From Cenococcum geophilum (lineage: Eukaryota), in assembly GCA_050273025.1 (NCBI GenBank), contig CP158635.1, forward strand, positions 21,266,001-21,330,000: a stretch of DNA of 64,000 nucleotides. The letters run 5' to 3'. How positions within the stretch are numbered: the stretch's first letter is position 1; every line of letters begins with the position of its first letter. The notes under the pieces were generated by a model, which saw only the letters and a program-made list of their open reading frames with translations, was not told the DNA's origin and made no database searches. Below, piece by piece: positions 25,872-39,200 of the stretch. A program made the translations under genes and the position numbers.

Positions 25872-26830
25872 TAATGGTTCTTACTTTATTAACTTAATTA
25901 ATAATATATAATTGAAAATATAATCTAAATAATTTAAACTTCTTATTAAGTGGGAAGGATATAAAATATAAATATAGGAAACTTATAAATAAATTAAACT
26001 AACATGCCTCCCTAGTAAAAGAATTCTATAAAGACTATCCTTTACAGCCTACTTTAGCTAGATAGACGCGATATAAAGGTAAATAACTACTACCTAATAT
26101 AAATACACGAAATATAATAATAGGAAACTTAAATTTAAAAAGAACTTAAAATATACTATAACGCTTATAATACGGTTATATAATATATAAGATATTAAGA
26201 AACTTTAACCACTGGTTAAAGTTATTTAATTAGTTAGATTTGCCTTGCTGAAACTTACTATAAAGATATTAGTTTAGCTTACCGCCTTAACTAAGCTAAT
26301 AGTGATTTTCTATACTAGGTATAGAAGATTTTAATTAGTCTATTTAATAATTAGAACTAGTAAAATACTATATTACTACCTAACGCAAATACACGAAACG
26401 CAATAAGTTATAAGTCTTAACTGAAATTAAATTATTTTAAACCTTTAATTAAAGTAGGGGGTACTATAATGGGACTAGCCTAGTTATAGTGGGAACATCT
26501 TAGTAAAATACGTAACGAATAAATTCTAACGCTTTAACTAAATTCTGCTAAATTTTACTATCTTAATTAACTTCTACTAAGTTCTATTAAGATTAATTAA
26601 ATTCTACCAAAGTCCATTAAAAACCGCGTGCGTATATATGCACGTATTAATCACTAAGATCCCTAACTATTTAATTATAATATTTTCTCGTTATTCCTTT
26701 CTTGTCTTTACGCAACGTCTTATTCTCTATAAGAGCTATACCCCTAGATTTAAATAGAATATATTTTATTCCTTTAAATCTGCTTTAAAGCCTCTTTATA
26801 CCCTTATATACTTATAGTTCTCGCTATATC

Positions 26831-29800
26831 TATTATGGACCTTATATTAGCAGTAGTAAAACTAATAAGAAGAGATATAAACGGATTAGTTAAGATAGTA
26901 TAGCAGGTGCTGGAACTAATCGAGCTATAAAATAAAGGGTAGCCGAGTTATATAGCTAGTTACATTATAAGTTCGGAATGTAGAAACGCAACATACTAAC
27001 ATACTAATGTACTAACGTACTAACGTACATTTCTTAGGCGCTATATTATTTATTTAAAGGACTATAGTCTCTACCTAGATAGTTCTCTTCTTTATAGTAA
27101 ATCTTAGAATATAATTAGAGTTAATCTATTAGGTAACCTACTCTACTAGTTATATTTATGTTATTAACTATTTCTTAACCTATATACCCAGCCCATTAAT
27201 AAGTCCATCATGGTATTTCCTATAAGGCTTTATTAAATATTTATTACTAAGGTTATAGTAAAGAAAGTTAAATAATATACCATATAAATTAGTAACTATA
27301 ACGCCACCTATTATAATAACTACTTTAGGATTAGGAGGAGATACTAACATACATAACAATAAGTTAGCAATGGTTACAATAAACTAGCTTAGGAGTATTG
27401 TAAAGTAAAATAATGCTAATAATTAGGCGCTCCTTTAGCAGTTATAAGATATAAAGAGAGAAAATATTAAAATACTATTAATTAAAAGATTCTAAGAAGA
27501 AAAGTATAAGCTAAAGGAATTCCTTATATAGATGAAACTAAAAATCCGATATAAAGAAACGAAGCTAAAGTAGGCTATAGATTAGGTCGCGTATATTGGG
27601 TTATTCTTAATAGGTAGGGCACTTAAGTAGTTTAAATCTTATTTTATGGAGATATAGGCTAATAGATTAGTAACCACTAATTTAAAAACGTGGTATATAT
27701 TTTTAAGCTAGGAAGGATTTGCTAGTAGACTAATATAAATATACAGAGATCTAAAATCGGTAGTAACGGCTAAAGGGAAGCTATATTAGCTTATATAAAA
27801 AGGATCGGCTATAGACTATACGATATAGTTCTAAACGCTAATAGCGTAGATTAAGTAGAACTAAGGGGCATTAATAGCTTAGTATAAGAGAGGGCTAAAG
27901 GCTAAAGTCTAAGTAACTATAATACTAATAGACGATCTAAGTAATATAAGAGAGCTTATTAAGTAAGCTATTAAAGTAAATAAGCGGCTATACTAGAGCA
28001 AGAAGTTAAGTAGAATATTATAGGGACTAAGATATATACGGAAGATACACTAATAGGTATTTAAGCTATAGTATAACGCAGAGCTAATAGACCTAAGTGG
28101 TACCAAAAAAAATAGGAATGGACGACTGTGGAAACCTAAAGAATAAGAATTATGTAATTAAAGATCTAAAAAGTAGAGGCAGAACTAGGGATCTTAGCAG
28201 TAGAAGATATTTAGGTAGACTCTATAGTAAGAAAAGTAGTACAAAAAAGGAGCTTATATAAACTGCAGAAAATAGAGTTATTTCGCTAAAGACTACAGAG
28301 GTGGTTAGGGTAACTACGTAGTAAAGGGAATAAAGCTAGTAAACGATATATATATATAAAGGGATAATAATATACTACAAGGAACAAAAGAATGTTTAAT
28401 TAAAAGTTTTGCGTTTTGTTATAATAACGCATACTAAGTTTATAAGGACGCTAAGTACAGCGTAAGCTATTAGCTATAAGAGAGTTAGATAAAGAATAAG
28501 ATTAACTCTATAAACTAGATTAGGACTAAGACGGTATAATAAGCTAGTAGTTAGCGAAGAAAGTTCTTACGCACCAGTTCTATTTGGTAATAGAATTTAA
28601 AGATTAAGATAATTAGACTATTAGTAGCGATAATAAGGCAATAAAGGCAGCTTACTAGGAGTATATAGACTTTAAAGACATAATAATAGAGGTAGAGATT
28701 AAATCTATTATAGAGAGAGGATTAGCAATAGGGATTAAGACTCTATTAGATACAATATCTATCGCTTTATAAGACGTAAGAGAAGTAGGGCAGTAAACTA
28801 CTTTAGCACTTAATAAAGGTAAAAGGCTAAAGGCTTAAGATTCTTAAGGTAAGATAAGATATGCTTAAGGACCTATAATAAAAAGTAATTAATAGAGCAG
28901 AGTAGTAGCTTAATTTAAAGACTAATAAATAAGCACGGGACGAAGATTCCTAGGGCACTAAGATTCTTAAGACTAGATAAGGACGCTATAAAAGCCTAAT
29001 TAGACTAAGGCTAAAGTAAAGCTTAAAAAAGAAGCAGGCTTAGGGTTAGAAGCACCCGTATTAGGCGAATAAGACGTTTAGCCTTAGAGTCGAACGATTA
29101 ATACCGGAATTATAAGATTTAAAGATTTAGAGAATTTAATAAGCTAATATAAACCAGGAAAAGACTAGGAGGGATTTAAGAACTAAATTAAAGCGTAGTA
29201 AGAATAGCGAGTTTACTATAGGTTAAAGATACTAGGTAAACTAAAGATAACCTTATAAAGGGTTACTAATAGGCCTAAAGCAGGCACGCCAAGAGTAAAG
29301 TGGCTTAAAAAACTAGAATAAGAAGAGAACTTAGAGGTCTTAACCAGATTTAAAGAACGGCATATAAAAGGCTGTTGTAATGCAGTAATAACGAGATACT
29401 TCCTTATGGATAAATAATATACACTAACAGAGCTATACTAAAAGTGGTATAGGTAGAGATGTAATAACGACTAGGAAGACTTCTACTTATAGTTAAATAA
29501 AAGAGTTGTTTAGGACTAAGCGATTATAGAGAAACGTATAAGTTATATTAAGGGAGCATTAATTATAATGTCTAAAAACCTAAAAGAACGATTAGAGGAC
29601 TAAAGATAAGAAAGATAGATCTTAGTACCTATAAATAAGAAACTAACGTTTAGATTAACTAAATAAAGATTTAAACTTAAGAGTAAAGATAAGCTATAAG
29701 TTAACCTAAGACACCTAGTATATTATATATTAGTATAGATTGTATATATAGACGATATATAATATATATATATATAAATCTAAAGGAAAAGAATCGAAAG

Positions 29801-30909
29801 TACCCTATAAGGATATATTAGGCGCTAGATAAGCGATAGTATAGAAATGCTAAATATATATATGGCTAGCATTTAATAAAAGTTTAGAAATTAGATAACT
29901 TAATACCTTAATTAGAAATATTCCTTATAAAAGAATACTTAGATAGATAATAGTAGTAGGAATACCTAGAGAATACGTATCTATAGTATATTAAGGATAA
30001 GAAGCAAACTAGGTATTAGCTATAAAAAAAGCTAAATATAGCAGGATCTAGTAGCTAATAATTAGGAAAAGTAGAGGCCTATAGGACTAAAGGGAGCTAA
30101 TAGTAGAGCCTTAGACCCTTAAAGGAATTTAAGAACTGCACCTAAATTTGTAAGTTAATTGGTAAGATTAATAGTTTAAAGTACTAATAGATAGTAGAGC
30201 AACGAGGAACTATATCTTATTAGTAGTAGTTAAAAGGATAGGGTTACCTTACGGACAGAAGGAGCACCCTTACCTATTAGTTATAATTTTAGGAGGTTTA
30301 ATAGCCTGTAGAGGAGGCATTATTAATCTTAAAATAGGACCAATTTAGATAACCATTAAAGGAAGACCAATTAAGATATTTTTTAATATCCTACTATTAG
30401 GACGGGATAAAGCAGTATTAGATATACTTTAGTTATAAAAAATATAATCTAAAGATCGATTAGATTATAGGGTAGGTTAATATTAAAAATACTTAACCGT
30501 ATAAAAGACGTATAGTAACCAAGTTAGTATAGTACTAAATTAGAGCAACTTATAAAGAAACTAAAAAAGGGCTAAGCTATATACTAAAGAAATACCATAA
30601 GTATAGTAAAAGGCTATAGAGCCCAGAAAGCAAAAAGCTGTTAAAGTATATAGTATAGAACTATAAGATAGAATTAGAACTAGAAATAAGTTTAAAGTTC
30701 TTTTTAATTTATAAGTTAACTAAAGAAGAGTTAAGAGCATATAAAGGGTTTATTTAAGAAAACTTACAGAAAGGATATATTAGACTATTATAGTTATTAG
30801 TAGGTTATCTAGTACTATTCGTACTATAAAAAAAAACTTAGGTTATATATTAACTATAAACAATTAAATAGCATTATAAGGAAGGATAGGTATTCTTTAC
30901 CCTTAATTA
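26831..30909 (+). mobile_element. Ty3/Gypsy D, 5' half (LTR 26831-~27237, gag, protease, start of RT), truncated
   Basis: LTR matches 1261-1666; internal region collinear with 10470-14365; breaks after RT motif KDRY.LPLI. Confidence 0.88.
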
Positions 30910-33174
30910 AAAGACTAAAGAGTAAACTATCTCTAGCTCTTATTAAGGTTTAGCGACGCTCTAATAAAGTATCTTAGGCCCTAAAGATTCAGCTAAATAT
31001 CTACGCTCAGTTAACCCATCTCTTAAAGGTTTGTAAGAAAGTACATTTAAAGAAGTCATATCTAGCAGAGTAAGGCTTAGCGGAACTTAAGGCTAAGAAG
31101 GCTAAAAAGAATTTTAATTAAGAAGAGGCGGAAACAGCTAGTACGCTGGTAGTAGATCTCTTAGATACTTTAGCTTATCTATTACCTTTAACTAATCCTT
31201 TTATCTTTAACTCCTTTTTAATATTACCTAACCTATTTTCTTCTAATACTTCTATACCTTTTTTATAGCTTTCTTTAAGTTCTATAATAGCTCCTAGGTG
31301 GTTTTATTATAGCCTATCTACTTTACTTTATACTATATTTTATTATTAATGTCCTTATAACTAATTATCTTTAAAACTTACTATTTATCTTCTTCTTATC
31401 CTCTATATATATCTGCTTTATAAACTAGTAGTTTTATGTCTCTATATGCTAGTTCTAGTATTATAATATACTATAAAGGGTAAATCTTTATCTTTACTAG
31501 TAAATTAAGTCTGTATATAACTTTTAAAATCCTTTCTGCGATTTTAAATAGTCCTAGTCTAACTTTTTACTTTGTCGTTAACTCGTGAAATTTTTATATA
31601 ATAGCTATACTTTATCCCTCTCTTTTAGATTTAGTCTCTTAGATCTCCTAGTATTATAATACTTTTTATTTTTTTTATACTAGTTTTACTATAAAGTAGA
31701 GGTCTTTATAAAGATTTATTAGAGTCTCTATCCTTTACTTAGCTATACTACTTTTTTTTTTACTTATTATAGTAATAACGATATTTCCAGCTTATATCCG
31801 TAATTCGCCTTAAATAGTGACATCTTTATACCTTCCTATGGTATTACGTTGTATATAAACTATATAACTAGTAATAATAATACCAAATTATTCTATGTGT
31901 GATTAATATAATATCTTAGGTACTGCTTTAGTGTCTAATTTAATCTTTCCGTTTAACCGTCTATCTATAGATAGTATGCTATTAATATTACTACGCGAAC
32001 CCCTTATTCCATTAAAAATACCTCTTAAAATACTACTATAAATCTTAGATCCCTGTCCGATATAATTTTACTTCATACTCTATATCTTATAAATACTTCC
32101 TTTATATAGATTCTAGCAATATTCTCTACTAAAGTTTTTTCTATATATGCTACAAAATAGCCCTATTTAGTGCATTTGTCCACTATTATAAGGATTATAT
32201 TATACTCCTATTTAGTAATAGGATCTTTTAATTTTAGTAACTTTATAATAAAGTTATATAATATAGTTTCTTATAGTTTCTCTAGTATCTTAATAGGCTG
32301 TAGCTTTCTATACGGCTTATACCTTATTAGCTTATTTCTTTAGTAATTTAGATATTTCTTTATAACTTTTCTTGCTAAACCCTAGATTCTATTAATAATA
32401 TACTCCTTCTAAAGTCTTAATACTAACCCTTAGGCTCTATTATGTCCTTATATTATTCCTTTATAGAAATCTTTAATAAATTCTTCCGTAATTCCCTTTA
32501 GGATATATATGTTTGTTCTTTACTTATACTAGTCCACTTTTAGGTCCTCTTACTATACTTTATAAATCCTCCTTATCTAATTACTTTCCGGTAATTTATA
32601 CGTTGCTACTGGCTTTAGGTAATTATACTTAATTAATTAATCTTTATTTTTGCGTAGTATTGCTCCTAATAGCTTCTTATTATTTTATAGTTTAGCTTTT
32701 CTACTTAGCGCGTTAGCTCTCGCATTCTTTATGCCTTTAGTATACTAAATCTTAAAATAATATTCTGTAAGTATCTCTATCTATCTAATTTATCTTTAAT
32801 TAAGTTCTTTTATTATTAGGAACCCCATTAGGTTCTTATAATCCATCTTAACTATAAATAGTTTTTCCATGTCTATAACAATGCTCTCTATTCTTTAACT
32901 ACTATAATTATACCTAATAACTCCTTATTATAAATGTTATAGTTTAACTCTAGTGGTATTATTTTCTAACTATAGTATACTACTAGATGCTATATATTTT
33001 TGTACTTTTATAGTAAATATACTCCTAGTATAAAGTCTAATACGTTTATTTCTATAACCATTTCTAGTCCTAGTTAGTAGATCTTAAGGATTAGTTTCTA
33101 GGTAAATAATTCCTTAAGTTTTTAGAATAGCTTCTTTTACTTACTTTCCTATATCTATAGTTCCTCTTTCTTTA
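30910..33174 (-). mobile_element. Inverted Gypsy segment (RNase H, integrase, chromodomain, part of antisense gene), no LTR
   Basis: Reverse complement aligns with ~14912-17200 and with 1-850. Exon 2 of the antisense gene therefore reads on + at 30910-31231. Confidence 0.85.
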
Positions 33175-34156
33175 TTGATATTTGCCAGGAAACAGCATGA
33201 AGGTAAATTAAATACTTTGTCAGCATGGCCAGTTTAACTGACAAGCTGTAGACGGGATGATACTAGCGTATTATTCCATCCAAAATGTAATATCTAGACA
33301 AGCAATTTTTCCCTAGTGTACTAATTTTCTTTAGTTCAACGTCATGCATCTAGTCTTACGGTTGAGGGGCGGGGGAGGCACCAACCCCGTATATACATAT
33401 GATCAGATACAGCCAGAAATGGGTATCGCTGCTGGTGGCCTCATAAAACAGGCTATCGTGCGCGACACAGGTCGCAAATGGCTCGCCACTCAGACGAAAA
33501 CATTCAACATGCAGGTTCTGAATACTCTGCACTTCCGTCATGTGACAGGCTTCCAACCATCTGAGCCTCCCATCGACGCTCGAACCTATGCAACCTATGG
33601 CTACCCTTTCTTCAGCATGTACGAGGAACCCAGTGATGTGTCTGGCGATTTCTCTCTTGTTAAGTCTATAGGTCATCCAAGATCTATCCATCAGCCCCAG
33701 GATTGAGAATATCACCAACAGACCGCCGCCATTTGCCCGTCTAGTGCCAAAGCTAGCGCTTCCTCTGCATCTAGTTCCGGATTGCTTGTGGAGTGGGTAT
33801 GTCACACATGTACGCTCATAAACAGCAGCGAAATGTCCTTCTGCGATTCCTGCATGACCCACCGGCGCCACCCAGCGAACTTGGGAGTGGCGGCCTCTTC
33901 GAAAGAAAGTCAAGCGGATTGGACGTGCCATATCTGTACACTCATCAATGGTGCCGAAAGACCCGACTGCGACGCTTGTTTGACCCGCCGAAGTCCTCCG
34001 GCAACTCCAGCAGTGCCAGCCATGGCAGCAGGAATACCGAGGGACCGAGGGGACAACAAAGTAGGGTTCTGGAACCCGAATGGGCCAATGAATAAATTTA
34101 GGTCCTTGCAGGACTTGGAGAGGGAGTTGGCGGAGCGAGGGACGGCAATTTTTTAA
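33175..34156 (+). pseudogene. 5'-truncated ubiquitin-like domain protein with conserved fungal C-terminal domain and two RanBP2/NZF-type zinc fingers
   Basis: Spliced LIFARKQHE/DGMILAYYSIQN/FNVMHLVLRLRGG (introns 33203-33251, 33287-33334). Then EMGIAAGGLIKQ..FNMQVLN..YGYPFFSMYEEPS; in-frame TGA at 33704-33706; then WVCHTCTLIN..FCDSC and WTCHICTLIN..DCDAC; stop at 34156. Confidence 0.8.
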
Positions 34157-34365
34157 GAGATCTTTGACTTGAAAACTTTTGTGGAATTTGGACAAGCTTG
34201 AACATGGCGTGAGCTAATTATAAATAAATGATATGACTTGGACATCACTGCTTTTAAGTAATTTAAATGAAATAAGAGAAATCCTCGGCATTATATGTGC
34301 TCCGCAATGTAAGAAGGAGAAATAAAAGTACAGAATTAGAGGATTTCAGGTATACCCAGATGTTG

Positions 34366-35870
34366 TCACGTGGACATTGAGTAAGTATTTTGTTGCTTCT
34401 CAATCATAGTGGTCATGTTTAACAATAAAGAAATATAGCTATTCACAATCCCCCAAGTCTGCGCGAGCGGCGAGAGAAGCTTGCATCCTTCTCTTAAAAT
34501 CCGCTCCGGCCCTTTGGAGCAGTGATCTTGTTGGATTGGCGTGGCGTGGATCTGAGGCCAAATCCACGCCATCCACCAAAAAGACGATTTGCCGCCAGGA
34601 TCGCCACGGCGCTCCAGTGTAGATATATACTATATATAGTAAGTCTTAGCATAGGCTTAGTGTTATAATTAAGGAGTAGAGTGTAGTTGAACTTACTAAA
34701 AAGGGTACTAGATTTGCTTACCACCTCCCTTTAAGCGTCCCTCTATAATCTTATCGTCCTTAATAACTTTTACCTTATCGCTAAGTGCACCCTCTACCTT
34801 AAAGCCCCCGATTGCGTTAAACTCTTCCTTAAGGCCCTTACCCTAAGCTTTACTAACTACTATATGTGGCTAAGGCAGAGCTCCTACAGCCTTACGAGCG
34901 GCAGAGGCTTATGCGGGTAGGCGCGGCTGGGCTTATAGGAAAATATCGCTCTATATAATTGAGGGAGGCAAAATAGAGCCATAGCGCGATCGCGTATGGA
35001 GGAAGGACGTAGGAAGGAAAGCAATATGGGCGGCTCCCCGAGATTGTATGGAAAACACTCCTATTTTTGAACTCCGAGCTCCACCGATTGGCTTAACACC
35101 ACGCTTTGACACCTTATTAATCCTTCCTCCTTAGCCTCTTTCTTCTAATTGGGTATAGAACTGGCGCTCCAGGAGCTCTAAGGCTTCAAGATCCACTCCG
35201 CGCCACCAATTAAATCAGTAGATCCACCGCCAAAGCAAATTGGATCCAGCCATCCACGCCATATTGCCGCCAATCCAACAAGATCACTGCTTTGGAGGAG
35301 CATACGCTGCCCACACTGGTTATATATGCTCTCATCTAGGTTGGATGGCCGTGTCGAACAAAAAGTTACACAATCTCATCACCGTTCGGCCTATCGAGAC
35401 GTATGAACGTAGGGTCTTCGTAATTGGATGCATTGTGGGAGGATGATGTAGGAAGAGAGCTCGTCAATGGACATTGGAGTGAGTGATTTGGGGACGCGCT
35501 CCCGCTTCTACTCCCAGCATTTTTGTCCGAAGTTTTATAATCAACACCTTCCAATGACAGGTGGCTGGCAAGAGCCGTATACGAGCCATATGCCCATAAT
35601 GCAAGCGCTACGAGGAGGATGGCTGGAGCTTCGTAGAATACACCGCCGCACGTGCCAGAATAGTTCCTGCTGGTCGATGCTCTTTCCCGAATTCGAATAT
35701 GCTGTTGTAGATAGTGCTGCAGCTATCGTCCGAATAAAAAGAAATGGAGTTAGAATTACCACGAGCCACATGAAGATGGAGCACAGTTGGGTGTTCGCTT
35801 CCTGATGACAAGGCAATTGTGCTGTTTACTGCCCAGTGCATTTGTCGATCTGGTGCAGATCAGAAGATGA
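34366..35870 (-). pseudogene. Fungal-specific transcription factor, C-terminal half, frameshifted and split by a hAT MITE
   Basis: Fragments HWAVNSTIA..GSEHPTVLHLHVAR/VILTPF, LFWHVRR, IRLDRPNGDEIV*LFVRHGHP..MRAYITSVG, continuing across the MITE into GPERILREGCKLL. Resembles the C-terminal region of a fungal Zn-cluster TF family as I recall it; not database-confirmed. Confidence 0.6.
34520..35289. mobile_element. hAT-superfamily MITE, 770 bp
   Basis: Perfect 22-bp TIR cagtgatcttgttggattggcg (34520-34541 / 35268-35289); 8-bp TSD CTTTGGAG (34512-34519, 35290-35297); subterminal atcca/tggat repeats. Confidence 0.95.
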
Positions 35871-35890
35871 GGAAGACCGTCTATTCAAAC

Positions 35891-36209
35891 TATGAAGAAA
35901 GGAAGCTATATATACATGAGGAAGATGTAGGTAATAAGGGGGAAACAAGGGGAGGTACGTAATAGGAACATGGGGTACACAGCGGGTGGTAGTACAGAAG
36001 CTTTAGATAATATTAGTGACTTAGTTAATTAAGGCACGAGCACGGCAAGAGGGACGCGCAAGCCTATACGATTGGATTGTCTATAAACGAGTATCTAAAG
36101 CTAGAGAAAGGAAAGAAGAAGAGTAGCGCCGGCTAAAGTAGGGTTCTTTTATACGGCCCTTTAGTCACATAACCGCAAAGTTCTACCAAATTCTGCTAGT
36201 GCCGTAACA
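35891..36209 (-). repeat. Possible solo LTR
   Basis: Minus strand starts tgttacggc and ends cttcata (RIP of ..caca). Flanks caaac / atagt do not form a TSD and there is no second copy in the window. Confidence 0.35.
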
Positions 36210-39200
36210 ATAGTAATAATTAATAATAGTTATCTAAATAACTATAATACTATTATATAACTAGAACTTAAGACTTTACTAACTTATCTACTAATAGGCT
36301 TATTAGATCTCTATTAAATTAAGTAATAGAGTAGTATTAGGTAAGAGAGAATACTAAAGAATACTATAAAAAGACTATTAAGTAGTATAGAGGATACTTA
36401 GAAAAGGTTTATTATTACTAAAATACTAAAAGTCTATATATAGACTCTGTATAGTATATAAACTTAAGCTTTATATAGTAAAAAAATTAGAAAGATTATA
36501 TTCTCTATATATTTTACTAAAATTTTAGTTAAAAAGGCAGGGATATAATATATTAAGCTTTATTAAATTTCTAGAATAATACCTTTATACGCCTATAGAT
36601 TACTATATAGATTGGCGTTATACTAAGCTAAATTAGTATTACGCTATATATGTTAGGTGAAACCTAAGTAGATAGTTATATAGCCGCAAGGTATAGGCGA
36701 CCCTAGGGCAACCCAGGGGTGACTCGCCCATAAGGCACGTGCTCTACACGTGCCTAGGGAAAACCCTTCCTACCTTATATATAGACTCCTCCTTTTCCCT
36801 TAAGGATTTGTCTCTGTCTATACAATATACCTATTATTCTATTATTAGACTCCCTATCTATATCTTTACCTTATATTTAAATCCTTACCAATCCCCTTAG
36901 AAGGATAGCCGGTTTAATTTTCCTATAATGCCTCCGAAAAAAAAACCGACGCCTACACCTAACGGTAATACGCTAGCGATGTGACCGTAGAACGCCTTAG
37001 GATTTAGTGCAAATAAAACCGCTAGAAGTATACTAGTAGAATTTAAGCCACCTTCTAAACCTTAAAACGATTAGATATCTATAAACGCTAAAGACTAGTT
37101 TAACTTATATACCTAGGCTTAATAGAAGCTTAGTAAGGTTACTAGCGTCCTACCTAATACCGCTAATATAAAGGAGCTAGATAAGCTGGCTAAGAAAATA
37201 GCTAACTTATAGAGCATTATCGATTCGATAAAGCCCTCCCGTTACCCTTTTAGTAAAGAGTATAAGTTATATAGCGAACACATACGCCAAATAAATCTTA
37301 ACGCCCTAGTTAAGAAGTTACTACCTAATATTAGCGGTATTACTTATTAGCATTTTAACTGGTAGATCGCCGCAGTTAAGAACCAATTTAAGGTTAATAA
37401 TGCTAACTATAACTGTAAGTGACGTACGTGTTGGGCTATTAAAGGTCTTATAAAAAAGAAGATAATTACCTAACTAGTTTATTGCCGGTTAGGTACTAAG
37501 GATAAGGGTCCTTTACTATAGGACGAATTTAAGACTATAGTCTAAGACTAGATTAGGAATCCTATAGAAAGACGCTTTAATAACGCTATAATGTACTATA
37601 CGGCTGTTATAAAGGAGAACTAGAGGTTTAATGTCTTCCTAGCCCATATACGTAGCTTAGAGGACCTCTTCTTATATACCCCTTTTATTAATCCTAAATA
37701 ATAGGTAGACTTTTAGTTCTTATATCTCTCAGCCCACCTATAAGTAGAGCTCTTCCGCTAGAACTTTGCCTAATAGGTAAAAACTACTAAAGACCTCTTT
37801 AATAAAATCCGCTATATAAAGTAATTACTTAATACTATAAAGCTCGCAGAAGATTGCGTAAGTAGTAGCGGCAAATTATTATATATAAAGCGCGGTCGCA
37901 GTATAGGCTCTATAGAGTTAGGCTTAGGGAATAGAACCTAAAAAGGGCGACGCTTTTTTAAGTAAACTCCTAGGGAGACTACCTAAAAGCTGGATGGCTT
38001 AGGGGACCCCCTAGACACCGGTGCTACGTAGGCGAGTTAAAGGACCGTAGGCGGCCACCGTAAGGAATACTGGAAGTAGCCCAATAAAGAGAAGTTAGCT
38101 CGGCCTTTAGAAAACCTAAAGCCCTAGTAGCGTATCTCTTTTAACTATAACTAGGGCCTAATATAAAGGGAGAAAAGAAATGTATTGTAGTATATATTGC
38201 GATAAATACGCCCTAGGGTAAAGTCCGCCTATATATTTTATATAATAATAGGTGCTAAATTAACCTTATTAATTAAGACGTTGTCTATAAGTTTAACCTG
38301 CCTATACGCTACGCGCTATATCTACGTAAACCTATTGCATGTTTCCTTAATAATAACTAGATAATAATCTGGGATACTTATAATCTAATAGTTACTACTA
38401 GCGACTCCTAGGGTACCTCTTACACTATTAGCCCGCAGACCTTTTAGGGCGGCTTATTTAATGGTTATAATATAGTTCTTAAATAGGATTAGCTTGCGGA
38501 AGTAGATTTATTAATTAGCTTCTGTTCTAGATAGTTTATCTAGGGTACTTTAAACCCTAAACGCCTCTAGATAGTTACCCTTAACGCTCTTCTCGCAGAT
38601 ATTAAGGCTAGTAAAATAGTCTATTTACTATAGCTAGAAGACTCTTTTTCTACGCCGGTTATAAACATAATAGAGGACCTATTATTACTGGCAGCGAGTA
38701 CCTATATAGACCCTCCGGATATAGAGACACCGGTTATAAATATAGTAGAGGACCTACTGTTACTAGCAGCGAGTACCTATAAAGACCCTTCGGTGCTAGC
38801 GCAGATCACCTATATATAAGGGGGAGGTGATTAAAACCCTAAAACTATTAAGTATACTATAGCGGAGCTATATACACTCTTAATGCGAGTATACCTATAA
38901 AATGTATATTGGCTGTATCCTTCTCTCTACTAGCTCTTAGAAGTATACTACTATATAATAGTTGCCTTGACCTCCGTAGCCCTTAGCCTACTAGATATAT
39001 ATAAGGAGGAAATTAATATCTTCTCTAATAAGCTAGTAAGTATACTACCATAGAACTCTAAGTATAACTATGCGATCAACTTAGAAAAAGGCAAGATGCT
39101 ACTATAAATGCCCCTCTATAACCTCTTATAGAAAGAGTTATAGATTCTATAAGAGTACCTAGACAGTGCTCTTAAAAGGGGCTAGATTAGGCCTAGTAAG

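Larger units (their letters stand above)
2783..26808 (+). mobile_element. Ty3/Gypsy chromovirus A, full length, host of four direct insertions
   Basis: LTRs 2783-3107 and 26465-26808; TSD TACTT at 2778-2782 and 26809-26813; PPT aaagtagggggtac. gag ~3130-5620, protease ILIDSGA ~5765, RT YIDDI ~7546, RNase H ~7980-8340, integrase ~22550-23700, chromodomain ~25875-26040. Confidence 0.92.

Noticed and set aside
33356..34195. 279-aa minus-strand ORF
   Set aside because: Antisense shadow of the ubiquitin/NZF gene; no domain signal.
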